Under the pieces are notes generated by a model. That model was not told where the DNA came from. It worked only from the letters and a program-made list of their open reading frames with translations, and did no database searches. Below, piece after piece: positions 1 through 10,335 of a stretch of 64,000 nucleotides of DNA (its first letter is position 1; every line of letters begins with the position of its first letter). Source of the DNA: Candidatus Dormiibacterota bacterium. GTDB lineage: Bacteria > Chloroflexota > Dormibacteria > Aeolococcales > Aeolococcaceae. The stretch lies in assembly GCA_963718525.1 (NCBI GenBank), contig OY970355.1, forward strand, positions 1,376,001-1,440,000, given 5' to 3'. A program made the position numbers and the translations under genes.

Positions 1-129
1 AGGGTGCGCTGACCATCCGCGGCCAACCTACCAGAGCCAAATCGCATTGGAACCCGGTGTGCGAAACCGTCACCCGAGGGATATCCACTCGTTCGACCGG
101 TGCTAGCATGCGCCCGGGTGAGGAGTGCA

Positions 130-1050
130 TTGGATACGGCCCACGACGAATCAGCGCCGGAGCGGGGCGATGCGGAGGCCGAGCACGACGGGTTCGTCGC
201 GGCAGACTACGGCGCCGGCTACTACGGCCACTACGCCGCGGCCGGCGTCAGCTACGAGCGGACACCGCTCTGGCTGGAATTCTTCGGCCACGTCGCCGAC
301 CGCCTGATCGAGGACTTCCACCCCAAGACTTCGCTCGACGCCGGATGCGCCATCGGGTTGCTCGTCGAAGCCCTACGGGCCCGAGGCGTCGACGCCGAGG
401 GAGTCGACTTCAGCGAGTTCGCGATCGAACACGCTCCGGAGGACCTCCGACCCTTCCTCAGGGTCGGGTCGATCACCGAACCGCTCTCGCGGCGCTACGA
501 CGTCATCACCTGCTTCGAGGTCGTCGAGCACATGTCGCCACAGGACGCCGATCGCGCCATCGCCAATCTCTGCTCCTTCACGGACGACGTGATCCTCACC
601 TCAACGCCGATCCACTATCGCGATCCCACGCACACCAACATCCATCCGCAGGAGTACTGGACCGAGCGGTTCGCTCGCCAGGGCTTCATCCGCGATGTCG
701 AGTACGACGGCTCGTACATCGCCCCATGGGCGGCGCGTTACCGGAGATCCGACGAACCGATCCATCGGGTGGTCGCCGGCTACGATCGAGCCTACTCGAG
801 GATGCAGCACGAGCTCCAGGAGCGCAACGCCGTCGTGGTCGACCAGATGCGCGAGCTCACGGAGCTGCACGAACGCCTGCGCACCGCTGAGAGCACGATG
901 GCCTGGAGCCGGCGCCGCTCGGTGCGCCTCGCCATGAGGGTGGACGACGCCATGGTCAAAGCCGCGCCACTCGGAACCTCGAGACGGCGGTTGCTGCAAC
1001 GGGCGCTCAGAACCGTGGATCGGCTGCGAGGGCATTCGCCGGAGGCGTGA
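130..1050 (+). CDS. Class I SAM-dependent methyltransferase with C-terminal coiled coil (glycan-capping type)
   Basis: LDAGCAIG motif I, GVDFSEFA, ITCFEVVEH; heptad-like tail MQHELQERN...LTELHERL; AGGAG at 121 before in-frame TTG at 130. Confidence 0.85.
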   Translation: MDTAHDESAPERGDAEAEHDGFVAADYGAGYYGHYAAAGVSYERTPLWLEFFGHVADRLIEDFHPKTSLDAGCAIGLLVEALRARGVDAEGVDFSEFAIEHAPEDLRPFLRVGSITEPLSRRYDVITCFEVVEHMSPQDADRAIANLCSFTDDVILTSTPIHYRDPTHTNIHPQEYWTERFARQGFIRDVEYDGSYIAPWAARYRRSDEPIHRVVAGYDRAYSRMQHELQERNAVVVDQMRELTELHERLRTAESTMAWSRRRSVRLAMRVDDAMVKAAPLGTSRRRLLQRALRTVDRLRGHSPEA

Positions 1051-1097
1051 CCGGCTCACGCCTCGGCTCGGCTCCACCACCACCGTAGGATCGAGCC

Positions 1098-1937
1098 GTG
1101 ACCGATCCCACATCCCTGCCCGCACTGGCTCCGATCGCGACGGTCGTGGTGCTGCTCGAGGTGGCCGCCGGCACCACGGTGGCCGCGTATGCGGTGGACC
1201 TGGTCGGCAAGGTCGGGCGAGGATTCGTGGGCACCACGTCGCTCATCTGTGCCGGTGTCATGGCGCTCGACGTGCTCCTCGAGGCGCTGCTGCCGTCAGG
1301 CACGTCGCTGCTCGGAGCGCCACTGCCGTCCGGTGCGCAGGCATCGCTGTTCCACTGGTCGATCGCGTTCACCGTCGCGCTCCTCGGGTACGCGTTCTTC
1401 TGCTCGGTGATGACCGACATCGCGCGCCGCGTCGTGGGCGCGATTGCGATCGGCTTCGGCGCCATGGCCATCGCGAAGGCCGCAGCAGCCTTCGGTCCTT
1501 CGCTCGGGGGAGTGGGTACGGCGGTGGTCGCCTTCGTACCCGCGGCGCTCGTGTCCGGGAGCGCGCTCGCCGGCATGCTGCTCGGCCACTGGTACCTGGT
1601 TGCTCCCAACCTCTCGTTCCGTCCGCTGCGCCGGGCCATCGATGTGGTCTTCATCGCCGTGGCGGTCCAGGCAGTGGTGATCGTGCTGGTCATCGTCACC
1701 ACAGGTGCGACGGTGCGGCACGAGCTGCTCTGGTCCGGCGACGCCGTGCCCTTCTGGCTGCTCGTGGTGGGGTCCGGGATCGTTTTCACCACCGGGGTGG
1801 CGCTGCTCACCAGGCACTTCGCCCGGATCCGCGCCAACCAACCGGCGACCGCGATGCTCTACGTGCTGATCATCAGCGTCGTCATGGGTGTCGTCCCCGC
1901 GCACCTGCTCTTCTTCGTCACGGGTGCGCCGATCTGA
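1098..1937 (+). CDS. Multi-pass membrane protein of unknown function (MLLGHWYL motif)
   Basis: About 8 hydrophobic segments; TAGGAT -10 box 6 nt before GTG. Confidence 0.7.
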   Translation: MTDPTSLPALAPIATVVVLLEVAAGTTVAAYAVDLVGKVGRGFVGTTSLICAGVMALDVLLEALLPSGTSLLGAPLPSGAQASLFHWSIAFTVALLGYAFFCSVMTDIARRVVGAIAIGFGAMAIAKAAAAFGPSLGGVGTAVVAFVPAALVSGSALAGMLLGHWYLVAPNLSFRPLRRAIDVVFIAVAVQAVVIVLVIVTTGATVRHELLWSGDAVPFWLLVVGSGIVFTTGVALLTRHFARIRANQPATAMLYVLIISVVMGVVPAHLLFFVTGAPI

Positions 1938-1971
1938 TAGGGGTGCCTGCCCGGGCTCAAGAGCGCTGCGG

Positions 1972-3234
1972 TTACCCCGCGGTCTGGGGGACGGCGCTGC
2001 TCCGCACGTCCTGCTCCTGCGCCACCTGCCACCGGCCGCGCATCTCGACGATGCCGATGTGGCCGCCCATGTTGTTGATGTGAAAGGTCGCCGCGGGATC
2101 GGCGAAGTCGTAGCGATGACTGCCGGACACATCCTGCAGGACGACCTGGATGATGTAGCCGCCGGCGAGCAATGGCAGCGAGTCGATCGCGTAGCGGATG
2201 GAGATGGATTCGCCAGGCGAATGACTGGTGATCGTGACATGGTCCAGAAACGTGTTCGTGCCTGCCAGCAGCATGCCATCTGCGCGACGAATCGCAAGAC
2301 CGCACACAACGTCGCCGACATCGCTGTGGGCAAGCACGTGCATGTCCAGCGTCATCGCGCTGCCGGTGTCGAAGCAACTCGTGCTCCGGCCGCTGGCATC
2401 GAGCAAGCTCGCCGAGACAAGCTCGATCGCTCGCGAACCCCACTGAGCGGGATCGGCGCGTCGCAGCTCCTGCGGCACGTCGCGCTCGGCGGCGAGCGCG
2501 TGGTCGGCGATCATGCGGTGATACGTGGACGTGACCTCGGCGGCGGGGCCGTCAGCGATGATCTCCCCGCGGTTGAGCAGGAGCACTCGGTCGCAGTACT
2601 CCTCGAGAGCGCCAAGGTCGTGGCTCACCAGGACGATGGTCTTGCCTTCACGCTTGTACCGGCTGAAGGTGTCGAAGCACTTTTCCTGGAAGCTCGCGTC
2701 ACCCACCGCGAGGACCTCGTCCATCACCAGGAGATCGGTCTCCGCGAGGATCGCGACGCTGAACGCGAGACGCACCTGCATGCCGGATGAAAAGTTCTTG
2801 AGCTTCTGCTCGGCAAAGTCCTCGAGCTCGGCGAACGCGAAGACCTCGTCAATCTTGTCCCGCAGCTGCGCACGGGTGAGGCCGAGCATCGCGCCGCCGA
2901 GGAAGACGTTCTCTCGGGCGGTGAGCTCCGGGTTGAACCCCACGCCGAGCTCAAGGAACGCGGAGAACTCGCCGTTGACCCGTGCATATCCCGAGTCAGC
3001 TTCGTAGATGCGGCAGAGGATCTTCAGCAGCGTGCTCTTGCCACAGCCATTCGGTCCGGCCACTCCGAGAAACTGCCCGGCAGGCACCTCGAACGAGACG
3101 TCGTTGAGTGCGATGAGGTCTCGGTAGCGGGATGCGCTGCGCCAGTGCGTGACTCGATATTTGAGCGTGGTGCTCTTGTCGAGCGGCAGGCGAAATCGCT
3201 TTCGGAGGTCGGAGACCTCGACGACCGGCTTCAC
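1972..3234 (-). CDS. wzt: Polysaccharide ABC transporter ATPase Wzt with C-terminal Wzt_C carbohydrate-binding domain
   Basis: GPNGCGKST Walker A, GFNPELTAREN, FSSGMQVRLAF, LLVMDEVLAVGD, ~170-aa C-terminal extension; GTG start overlaps the wzm stop (GTGA). Confidence 0.92.
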   Translation of the reverse strand: MKPVVEVSDLRKRFRLPLDKSTTLKYRVTHWRSASRYRDLIALNDVSFEVPAGQFLGVAGPNGCGKSTLLKILCRIYEADSGYARVNGEFSAFLELGVGFNPELTARENVFLGGAMLGLTRAQLRDKIDEVFAFAELEDFAEQKLKNFSSGMQVRLAFSVAILAETDLLVMDEVLAVGDASFQEKCFDTFSRYKREGKTIVLVSHDLGALEEYCDRVLLLNRGEIIADGPAAEVTSTYHRMIADHALAAERDVPQELRRADPAQWGSRAIELVSASLLDASGRSTSCFDTGSAMTLDMHVLAHSDVGDVVCGLAIRRADGMLLAGTNTFLDHVTITSHSPGESISIRYAIDSLPLLAGGYIIQVVLQDVSGSHRYDFADPAATFHINNMGGHIGIVEMRGRWQVAQEQDVRSSAVPQTAG

Positions 3235-4082
3235 AACGACTCGGCGAAGCGCGGCGTGAGCCTGTGGAAGACGGCGAAACCAAGCAGGAAGATGCCGATG
3301 GTCAGCACGATCGGGACGATCTCCAGCGGGCCGATGAAGGACGCCATGGAGCGCACCTTCCCCGGGTTGATGAGCACGTGGCGGAGGTCCGTGATGATTT
3401 GTGCGATTGGATTCACGCCGGCCAGATATGCCAGCTTCTTGGAGTGATCCCAGACGGTCTGGAAGGGAATGACAACAGCCGACCCGTAGAAGAGCACCAG
3501 CGACACGATCTCCCAGATGTGTCCGAGGTCGCGGAAGAAGACAAATAGCGACGACAGAAGGAGCGAGAGTCCCAGGATCAACACGACCAGCTCGAGGTAA
3601 TAGAGGATCGCCACCAGGCTGAGCCAGGTGAGATCGAGCTGACCCAGCGCAAACGTCACGATCAGCACGAGCGCAGTGTTGATCGTGAAGGTCAGCAGTG
3701 CGCTCGTCATCGACGAGGCGACGAGGATCCATCGCGGGAAGTACGCCTTGCGAATCAGGTCGCCGCTTCCCGCAATCGCGTTCATCGCGTTGGTCGTGGC
3801 CTCGGTGAAGAATGTCCACGCCACGATCGCGACCAGCAGCTGAATTGGAAACTCCCACTGGCCCTGCCCGGCCTTGAGCAGAATGCTGAAGACGAGCAGC
3901 ATGATGCCGAAGAGCATCAGCGGCTTGACGAGCGACCAGACGTACCCGAGGGCGGAGCCCGTGTACTTGAGCTTGAACGCCGTGATCGACAGCTCCCGGA
4001 TGAGGTTCAGATTCCGCTGGAAGACGCTTCGAGAGCGCGGAACGCCTTCAAGGATGTGGCTGTCGTGCACTGCAACGGTCAT
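3231..4082 (-). CDS. wzm: Polysaccharide ABC transporter permease Wzm
   Basis: KLKYTGSALGYVWSLVKP, LIRKAYFPR, FFRDLGH, VNP motifs; ATGA overlap with upstream gene. Confidence 0.92.
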   Translation of the reverse strand: MTVAVHDSHILEGVPRSRSVFQRNLNLIRELSITAFKLKYTGSALGYVWSLVKPLMLFGIMLLVFSILLKAGQGQWEFPIQLLVAIVAWTFFTEATTNAMNAIAGSGDLIRKAYFPRWILVASSMTSALLTFTINTALVLIVTFALGQLDLTWLSLVAILYYLELVVLILGLSLLLSSLFVFFRDLGHIWEIVSLVLFYGSAVVIPFQTVWDHSKKLAYLAGVNPIAQIITDLRHVLINPGKVRSMASFIGPLEIVPIVLTIGIFLLGFAVFHRLTPRFAESL

Positions 4083-4912
4083 GGCGGAGAGACTCGACGC
4101 AGGAACCCACGCGGATTGAATGTCAGATGGTACTTCTGCCTTCCCTCGTCGACGACAAACTCGTCGTTGCCGGAGAGAAACGCCGATACCGCCTCCATCG
4201 GACCTGGCCCGAAATCCGGGAGGACAGGGTGGTTGTTGACGTTGGTGTCCTCGACAATCACGTATGACCCGACCGTCACCATCGGCGCATACACAGACAA
4301 TTCGCGCTCGACATGCGGCGCGCTGTGATCGGAATCGAGGATCACGAGGACGTTCCCTGTCGTCGGAACGCGTGCGCGAACCGTGGCGACCACCTCTGGA
4401 TCGGTTGATGAACCGAGGACATACGTGATGCGGGGGTGAACCGGGCGCCCGGGCTTGGCATCGATGTCGATGGTGATGATCTCGCCAGTCCCGACCAGAT
4501 CGCACATCGATGCCAGGAAGGCGGCGCTGCCCCCATGTGCCGTCCCACACTCGATGATCAGCGCGGGGCGCAGCTCGTGCAGGATCTCCTGGTAGATCCA
4601 GAGGTCAAGCGGACACTTCCAGGCGTCCACACCCATCCAACGCGTCTCGAGCCAGGTTCCGGGATCGTTGTAGTACAGCCGGTGAAACTGGTCGACGATC
4701 GCCTTGCGAACGGCGAGGTCCGGCTGTCCGCCCGGAGCCTGGGGCGAGAGGCAGTCGAAGCTGTGCGTGATCAGTGCTGCGATCCCGGATCCCCGCCTGC
4801 GCAGGTACCAGGCTGCCAGCGCGTCAGCGCGGGGCTGAGCGAACGCGGTGGCGAGCGCCCTTGCTCTTGACAGCGCGCGACGCGGGATTTGTTCTGCCAC
4901 TGATTGACTCAT
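4079..4912 (-). CDS. CmcI-family (rhamnosyl O-) methyltransferase
   Basis: WMGVDAWKCPLDLWIYQEI, IIECGTAHGGS, VILDSDHS, YVIVEDT. Confidence 0.9.
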   Translation of the reverse strand: MSQSVAEQIPRRALSRARALATAFAQPRADALAAWYLRRRGSGIAALITHSFDCLSPQAPGGQPDLAVRKAIVDQFHRLYYNDPGTWLETRWMGVDAWKCPLDLWIYQEILHELRPALIIECGTAHGGSAAFLASMCDLVGTGEIITIDIDAKPGRPVHPRITYVLGSSTDPEVVATVRARVPTTGNVLVILDSDHSAPHVERELSVYAPMVTVGSYVIVEDTNVNNHPVLPDFGPGPMEAVSAFLSGNDEFVVDEGRQKYHLTFNPRGFLRRVSPP

Positions 4913-5142
4913 GATGAGTGAAGGTGCATGGCGGTCATCCCAGGGATCGTAGAGCCCGAGCCCCGATACCGGCGCCCCTGGCGTCGACGGTCAAGGTTGG
5001 AATCTCCAGTGCGAATCGCACGCGGCGGGCGTGTCGCTTCGGTTCGAGCATACTCAGCGGCGGCGATTTGCGGGCACCCCGCATACCATCGTGGTTCGAT
5101 GCACCCTGAGATGGACCTGCCGATCGCACCGGGATCCACCGT

Positions 5143-7017
5143 GTGACCACCCCTCGCGAGACCGACAAGCTCCGCGACGAGCTGCGCGCGGCACGGCACC
5201 ACATCGCGGAGCTGGAGGCCGAGCTCCAGGCGTTGCGGGCCGAGCTGGCCGAGGCCACCGACAGAGCGTCCGCCCGGATCGCCGTGGCCGTCGCCGGCAA
5301 GCTGCGGCGGGTCGTGCCGCCCAACTCGCGACGCCAGCGGACCCTGCACAGCGTGGCGTCCAGGACGCTGACACTCGTCGACCACGGTCCATCAGCGGTG
5401 GCCGGGTCGATACGCCGTGACCGCGCGCTTCGCCGCGCGATCGGTGTTGCCGACACCGATGCGTCGCGACGCCGCCAGTATCGTCGCTGGCTCGAGCTGC
5501 ACACCCCGGAGGCGGCGGAGCTCGGCAACATGCGCCGGGTGTCCGAGGCGGAGGCCGGCGCACCGGTCATCAGCCTTGTGATGCCCGTTTACAACCCGGC
5601 TCGCGACTGGCTCGAGGCAGCCATCGCCTCAGTGCTGGAGCAGGCCTATCCGAACCTCGAGCTCTGCATTGCTGATGACGCGTCGACGCACTCCCATGTG
5701 CGCGACGTCCTTGACGCCGCGCTTGCCGATCCTCGTGTGCGCGTGGCGTATCGAGACGAGCAGGGTGGCATCGCCGCCGCCTCGAATTCCGCGCTGCATC
5801 TCGCGACCGGCGACTTCGTCGGTTTCCTTGACAACGACGATGTGCTGCGACCGCATGCGCTGTACGCTGTGGCGGCATACCTGCGCGAACATCCCGACGC
5901 GGACGTCGTGTACTCGGACGAGGACAAGTTGCTCCCGGACGGTAGCCTTGGCATTCCGACGTTCAAGCCTGACTTCTCACCGGACCGCCTGCTCGCCGAG
6001 AACTACATCAACCACTTCACGGTGGTGCGACGAGCCCTCGCTCTTGCGGTGGGAGGATTCCGCGAAGGATTCGATGGCAGCCAGGATCACGATCTGATGC
6101 TGCGCGTCACCGAGGCTGCGACACACGTCGGACACGTGCCCGACGTGCTCTATGCTTGGAGGATGGTCGCGGGTTCCACGGCGATCTCGGCCGGCTTCAA
6201 GCCGCTCGCGCGCGACGCCGGGCGCCGGGCGGTCGCGGACGCGCTGCAGCGGCGGGGGGTCGAGGCACGCGTCGACCTCGGTCCAAGCCCGGGCCTCTAC
6301 ATTCCACGGTACCGTCTCGCCGGCGCGCCATCGGTCGACGTGATCGTCGTCGCGAGGACTGAGGGCACCGACCTGACCGACTGCCTTGCGACCATCAAGC
6401 GCATCTCCACGTATGAGCACCGCAGCGTCGCAACGGTGATTGCCGGTCGCAACATGCCATCCGCGATCAACCAAGCGGCTCGAGCGATGCAAGGCGATCA
6501 CATCGTGGTGGTCGACGCGTCCACTCGCGTGATCACGGCCGAGTGGCTCGAGACCATGCTCGAATTGAGCCAGCGCACGGGGATCGGTGCGGTTGGGATC
6601 CGGCTGCGATATCCCGATGGCACGGTCGCGCACGAGGGCATGGTGTGCGGACGCCTTGGGCTCGCGAGCAATGTCGATCAGCACCTGCGCGTCATCAAGG
6701 AGATGAGTGCGGTTTCCGGGGCTTGCCTGATGACGCGTCGCGATGTGTTCGACGATGCAGGTGGATTCGACGAGCGGTTCTCTCGGTCTCTCTGGGATGT
6801 CGACTACTGCATGCGCATACGCGCGCTCGGGCATCGTGTGCTATGCACGCCACTCGCGGAGATGACGTGGGGCGACGCGGCTCGCTCGACTTCCGGCGTA
6901 ATGACCGCCAACTCACGGACTTTCGCGCAGCGATGGGGCGGAGTCGATGAGATCGAAGATCCCTACCTCAACGTCAACGTGCTCTGGCCTGAACCGCTGA
7001 GCCTCCGCGTCGACTAG
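5143..7017 (+). CDS. GT2 glycosyltransferase (two GT2 modules, N-terminal coiled coil)
   Basis: ISLVMPVYN, ADDAS, FLDNDD, YSDEDK, GSQDHDL; second module SAVSGACLM/DVDYC. Confidence 0.92.
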   Translation: MTTPRETDKLRDELRAARHHIAELEAELQALRAELAEATDRASARIAVAVAGKLRRVVPPNSRRQRTLHSVASRTLTLVDHGPSAVAGSIRRDRALRRAIGVADTDASRRRQYRRWLELHTPEAAELGNMRRVSEAEAGAPVISLVMPVYNPARDWLEAAIASVLEQAYPNLELCIADDASTHSHVRDVLDAALADPRVRVAYRDEQGGIAAASNSALHLATGDFVGFLDNDDVLRPHALYAVAAYLREHPDADVVYSDEDKLLPDGSLGIPTFKPDFSPDRLLAENYINHFTVVRRALALAVGGFREGFDGSQDHDLMLRVTEAATHVGHVPDVLYAWRMVAGSTAISAGFKPLARDAGRRAVADALQRRGVEARVDLGPSPGLYIPRYRLAGAPSVDVIVVARTEGTDLTDCLATIKRISTYEHRSVATVIAGRNMPSAINQAARAMQGDHIVVVDASTRVITAEWLETMLELSQRTGIGAVGIRLRYPDGTVAHEGMVCGRLGLASNVDQHLRVIKEMSAVSGACLMTRRDVFDDAGGFDERFSRSLWDVDYCMRIRALGHRVLCTPLAEMTWGDAARSTSGVMTANSRTFAQRWGGVDEIEDPYLNVNVLWPEPLSLRVD

Positions 7018-7105
7018 CTGAGAAAGTCGTCACCCATCCGTCATTTCCGAGGATCCACGGTACACTCTGGCGCGAAGGGGACAACAACCGGGACGGAGGC
7101 GTGGT

Positions 7106-10100
7106 GTGAAGGTTGGACGTCGACTGGGCAGCTGGATCTTTGGTGTCGTCATCGTTGCAGTGCTCCCTGCATTCGGATCGACAAACGTTGCAGCCGCACG
7201 TGCCGCCGCGCCTGCAACTCGATCTGCGCCTTCGATTCACTCCTCGCACAGTTCGCCGTTCTTCCCCTTGACAGCCAACGATCGCGCGGTCGCCAGATCT
7301 CGGACACTCAAGCGCGGCGGGAGCGTGCCCGTGAGCAGCCTCGGACGCGGACCGGCTGCCGCAGGCCTTCGTGGAGTCAGTGGTGCTGCTGCACTGCCGC
7401 ACAGTTCCAGAACTGCTCCCTTGGTCGGATCGACAACTCCCAACACGCTGGTGTCCTTTCCGGGAACAGCACAGGAGACCGCGATCAGCGCCTTCGGCAA
7501 CGATCAGCAGGTCACGCCTCCCAATGAGGATGTCGCCGCGAGCCCGTCGAACGTCGTCGAGGTCGTCAACTCCACGATCTATGTCTTCAGTCGGTACACA
7601 GGTACCGCGGTCGGTGCGGCCGATCTCAACGTCTTCATGAACGTCCTCTCCGGCTACCACAGCAGCGACCCGCGTGTGATCTACGACGCCAGTGCGGGAC
7701 GATTCTGGGTGACGGTCACCGAGGTTCCCGACAGCTACCTCTCGCCGAATAACTGCCCACTGGCGGCGCCTGTACTCATCGCGGTCTCTGCATCGTCGAA
7801 TCCGCTGCCCTTCGGCGGGTGGATCGTGTACGGACTTCCGATGGCGCAATTTGGCGGTACCACTGGACAGCAGTTGACAGAATTCGCTGACCAGCCGGGT
7901 CTGGGAATCTCGACGAACACCGTGACCGTCACATTCGATGACTACACGTGCGACAACCAGTTCAACGGCAGCGAGATCGACGTTCTACAGAAGACAGACT
8001 TCGAGAAGAACCAGGGCTTCAGTTCTCTCTACTACTTCTATGACGGGCCATTCGCGCCGCAGCCCGTGCAGGCGCTCGGAGCGATGTCGCTGACGTACAT
8101 TGTGAGCAACCAGTCCGACTGCGCCGGGAACGGATGCTTGAACGGCACTCCGGACGCGCTCGTGCAGGGATTCACCGGAACGCCGGAGTTGGGTGGTGTC
8201 ACGAATGGGCCGTACGTGTTCGTCCCGATGACCCCGACTGCGGTGAGTGGCACCGGGTTCCTGCCCCCGGCCGACCAACCGAGCCCGGCACCTCAACTGC
8301 AGACCAACGACGATCGCTTCCTGAACGCGGTGTGGGAGAACGGGCAGATCTGGACCGCAGACGGCACCAGCTGTCAGCTCTCCGGCGACACCGCGCAAAG
8401 AGACTGTCTGAACTATGTGGAGATTGCCGCCAGCGGGACGACGAACACCATCGGCGGAACGCTCACCAATCAACTTGACAATGTGTCGATCATCGGGTCG
8501 GACCTCTTCTACCCGGCGGTCAGCCTCGACAGCGCAGGCGACGTGATCACGGTGTTCGATGAGTTGTCCACCACGATGAACCCCAGCATCATCGATGCAT
8601 CGATCGCGTCGGGTACCGCCACGCTCAGCAGCTATCACACCCTGCACACGAGCCCGACGTACTACAACGGCAATGACCTCTTCTCAGGTGCGTGCGACAC
8701 CAACGGATGCCGGTGGGGTGACTACTCGGGTGCGGCCCAGGACCCGGTGAATCCAAAGGACGTCTGGGTGGTGTCCGGGTCGGTGGACAACACGACCACC
8801 CTTGGGCCGTGCGCAACGATTAATGCGTGCTGGAACACGCAGATCAACGAGGTGACGGTGTCCGGGCCTGTGCTCACGGCCCTGACCCAGTCGCTGGGGC
8901 CGGTCGCCGGTGGACAGACCGTGACGGTCAGTGGGACCGACTTCGATCCAACCACCACGGCAACGTTCGGGGGAAGCCCGATCACGATCAGCCTCACCTC
9001 GCCGCAGACGTTCACCTTCGTGACGCCGGCAAGCGGTCCGGGCGGAGGGACCGACGTCGTCCAGGCGACAGACGCGCTGGGAACGACCAACACGCTCACG
9101 TACACCTACGAGGGCCTCGCCAACTACACGCCGCTGACGCCCTTCCGCATTCTGGACACGCGCAATACTGGCGGGCCGATCGGTCAAGGGCTGATCAGGG
9201 CAGTGCAGGTCACCGGGCTGGGCACAATCCCGGTACCGAGCAGTGCGAGCGCCGCGGTGCTCAACGTCACCGAAGTTGTGGGGTCGGCGTCGAGCCTGCT
9301 CACGGTCTACCCGTACGGAAGCGTGAGGCCGACCGCGTCGAACCTCAACTTCGCGGCGCAGACGGTCATCGCCAACCTTGTCACGGTCACCCTCGGCGCT
9401 CACAGCGGCCAGGGCTGGATCGACATCTACAACGCCGTTGGCAGCGTGAACGTGATCGTCGACGTCGAGGGATTTTTCACGACGGCTCCAGCCACGACCT
9501 ACCAGGGGCTCTTCCATCCGATCGCGCCGGTTCGCGTCTGTGACACGCGCACACCCGCGAAATGCGACGGCCATAGCGCTGTGGGCGCCGGACATTCGAT
9601 AGTGGTCACAGTCGCGAACTCCGGCGGGATCCCCAGTGACGGGACCGCCGAGGCGGCGGTGGTCAACCTCACAGGCGTGGTCGGCAGCACCGGGACCTAT
9701 CTCAGCCTGTTCCCGACCAATTCCGACGGCACGTGCACGCCCACCGGGACGTCGACCAGCAACCTTGCGGCCGGCGCCGTCGTGGCGAATCGAGTCATGG
9801 TGAAACTCGGTCCAACGAGCCCCGGTGGGCAGAACGACGCGCTGTGCGTGTTCAATTCGGCCGGTACGATCAACGTGCTCGTCGATGCCAACGGCTGGTA
9901 TGGAAGCTCCACCATCACGGCGACCCCGGCCGGCTATCAGTACCAGCCGCTTCCCCCAACGCGCATCTGCGACACGCGGTACGCGTCGACCTCCTGCGAC
10001 CCCGGAGCGATCGGTGGCGGTGTGAGCCGGCTGATCAGGGTGGCCGGGAATGCCGGCGTGCCGGGCTTCAGCAGTTCGACGAAGGTCGTGGCGATGGTCG

Positions 10101-10333
10101 CCAACCTGACTGCGGTAACGCCCTCGGCCGGGACGTACATGGCCCTGTACCCGGCGAATCTCCCCGTTCCAAGGGTGTCCGACGTCAACGTCAACGCTGC
10201 GGAGGTCCTCCCCAACCTGGCGGTGGTCCAACTCGACACAATCCCTGCTGACGCGCACGACGGTCAGGTGTACCTGTACAACAGCGTCGGAAGCGTCAAC
10301 GCGATCATCGACCTAGAGGGCTGGTTTCAGTAG
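7106..10333 (+). CDS. Large secreted protein: signal peptide, Cys-containing beta-rich domain, IPT/TIG domain, three C-terminal RxxDTR repeat domains
   Basis: Hydrophobic N-terminus; RWGDYS; GPVAGGQTVTVSGTDF (IPT); three P.RI/V.DTR...NV/LT...VD..GW/F repeats; GGAGG RBS. Confidence 0.85.
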   Translation: MKVGRRLGSWIFGVVIVAVLPAFGSTNVAAARAAAPATRSAPSIHSSHSSPFFPLTANDRAVARSRTLKRGGSVPVSSLGRGPAAAGLRGVSGAAALPHSSRTAPLVGSTTPNTLVSFPGTAQETAISAFGNDQQVTPPNEDVAASPSNVVEVVNSTIYVFSRYTGTAVGAADLNVFMNVLSGYHSSDPRVIYDASAGRFWVTVTEVPDSYLSPNNCPLAAPVLIAVSASSNPLPFGGWIVYGLPMAQFGGTTGQQLTEFADQPGLGISTNTVTVTFDDYTCDNQFNGSEIDVLQKTDFEKNQGFSSLYYFYDGPFAPQPVQALGAMSLTYIVSNQSDCAGNGCLNGTPDALVQGFTGTPELGGVTNGPYVFVPMTPTAVSGTGFLPPADQPSPAPQLQTNDDRFLNAVWENGQIWTADGTSCQLSGDTAQRDCLNYVEIAASGTTNTIGGTLTNQLDNVSIIGSDLFYPAVSLDSAGDVITVFDELSTTMNPSIIDASIASGTATLSSYHTLHTSPTYYNGNDLFSGACDTNGCRWGDYSGAAQDPVNPKDVWVVSGSVDNTTTLGPCATINACWNTQINEVTVSGPVLTALTQSLGPVAGGQTVTVSGTDFDPTTTATFGGSPITISLTSPQTFTFVTPASGPGGGTDVVQATDALGTTNTLTYTYEGLANYTPLTPFRILDTRNTGGPIGQGLIRAVQVTGLGTIPVPSSASAAVLNVTEVVGSASSLLTVYPYGSVRPTASNLNFAAQTVIANLVTVTLGAHSGQGWIDIYNAVGSVNVIVDVEGFFTTAPATTYQGLFHPIAPVRVCDTRTPAKCDGHSAVGAGHSIVVTVANSGGIPSDGTAEAAVVNLTGVVGSTGTYLSLFPTNSDGTCTPTGTSTSNLAAGAVVANRVMVKLGPTSPGGQNDALCVFNSAGTINVLVDANGWYGSSTITATPAGYQYQPLPPTRICDTRYASTSCDPGAIGGGVSRLIRVAGNAGVPGFSSSTKVVAMVANLTAVTPSAGTYMALYPANLPVPRVSDVNVNAAEVLPNLAVVQLDTIPADAHDGQVYLYNSVGSVNAIIDLEGWFQ

Positions 10334-10335
10334 CT

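Noticed and set aside
8684-10258. Long antisense and alternative-frame ORFs (524 aa here, many others in the track)
   Set aside because: Arg/His/Gly-rich shadow translations of real genes with no recognisable motifs.
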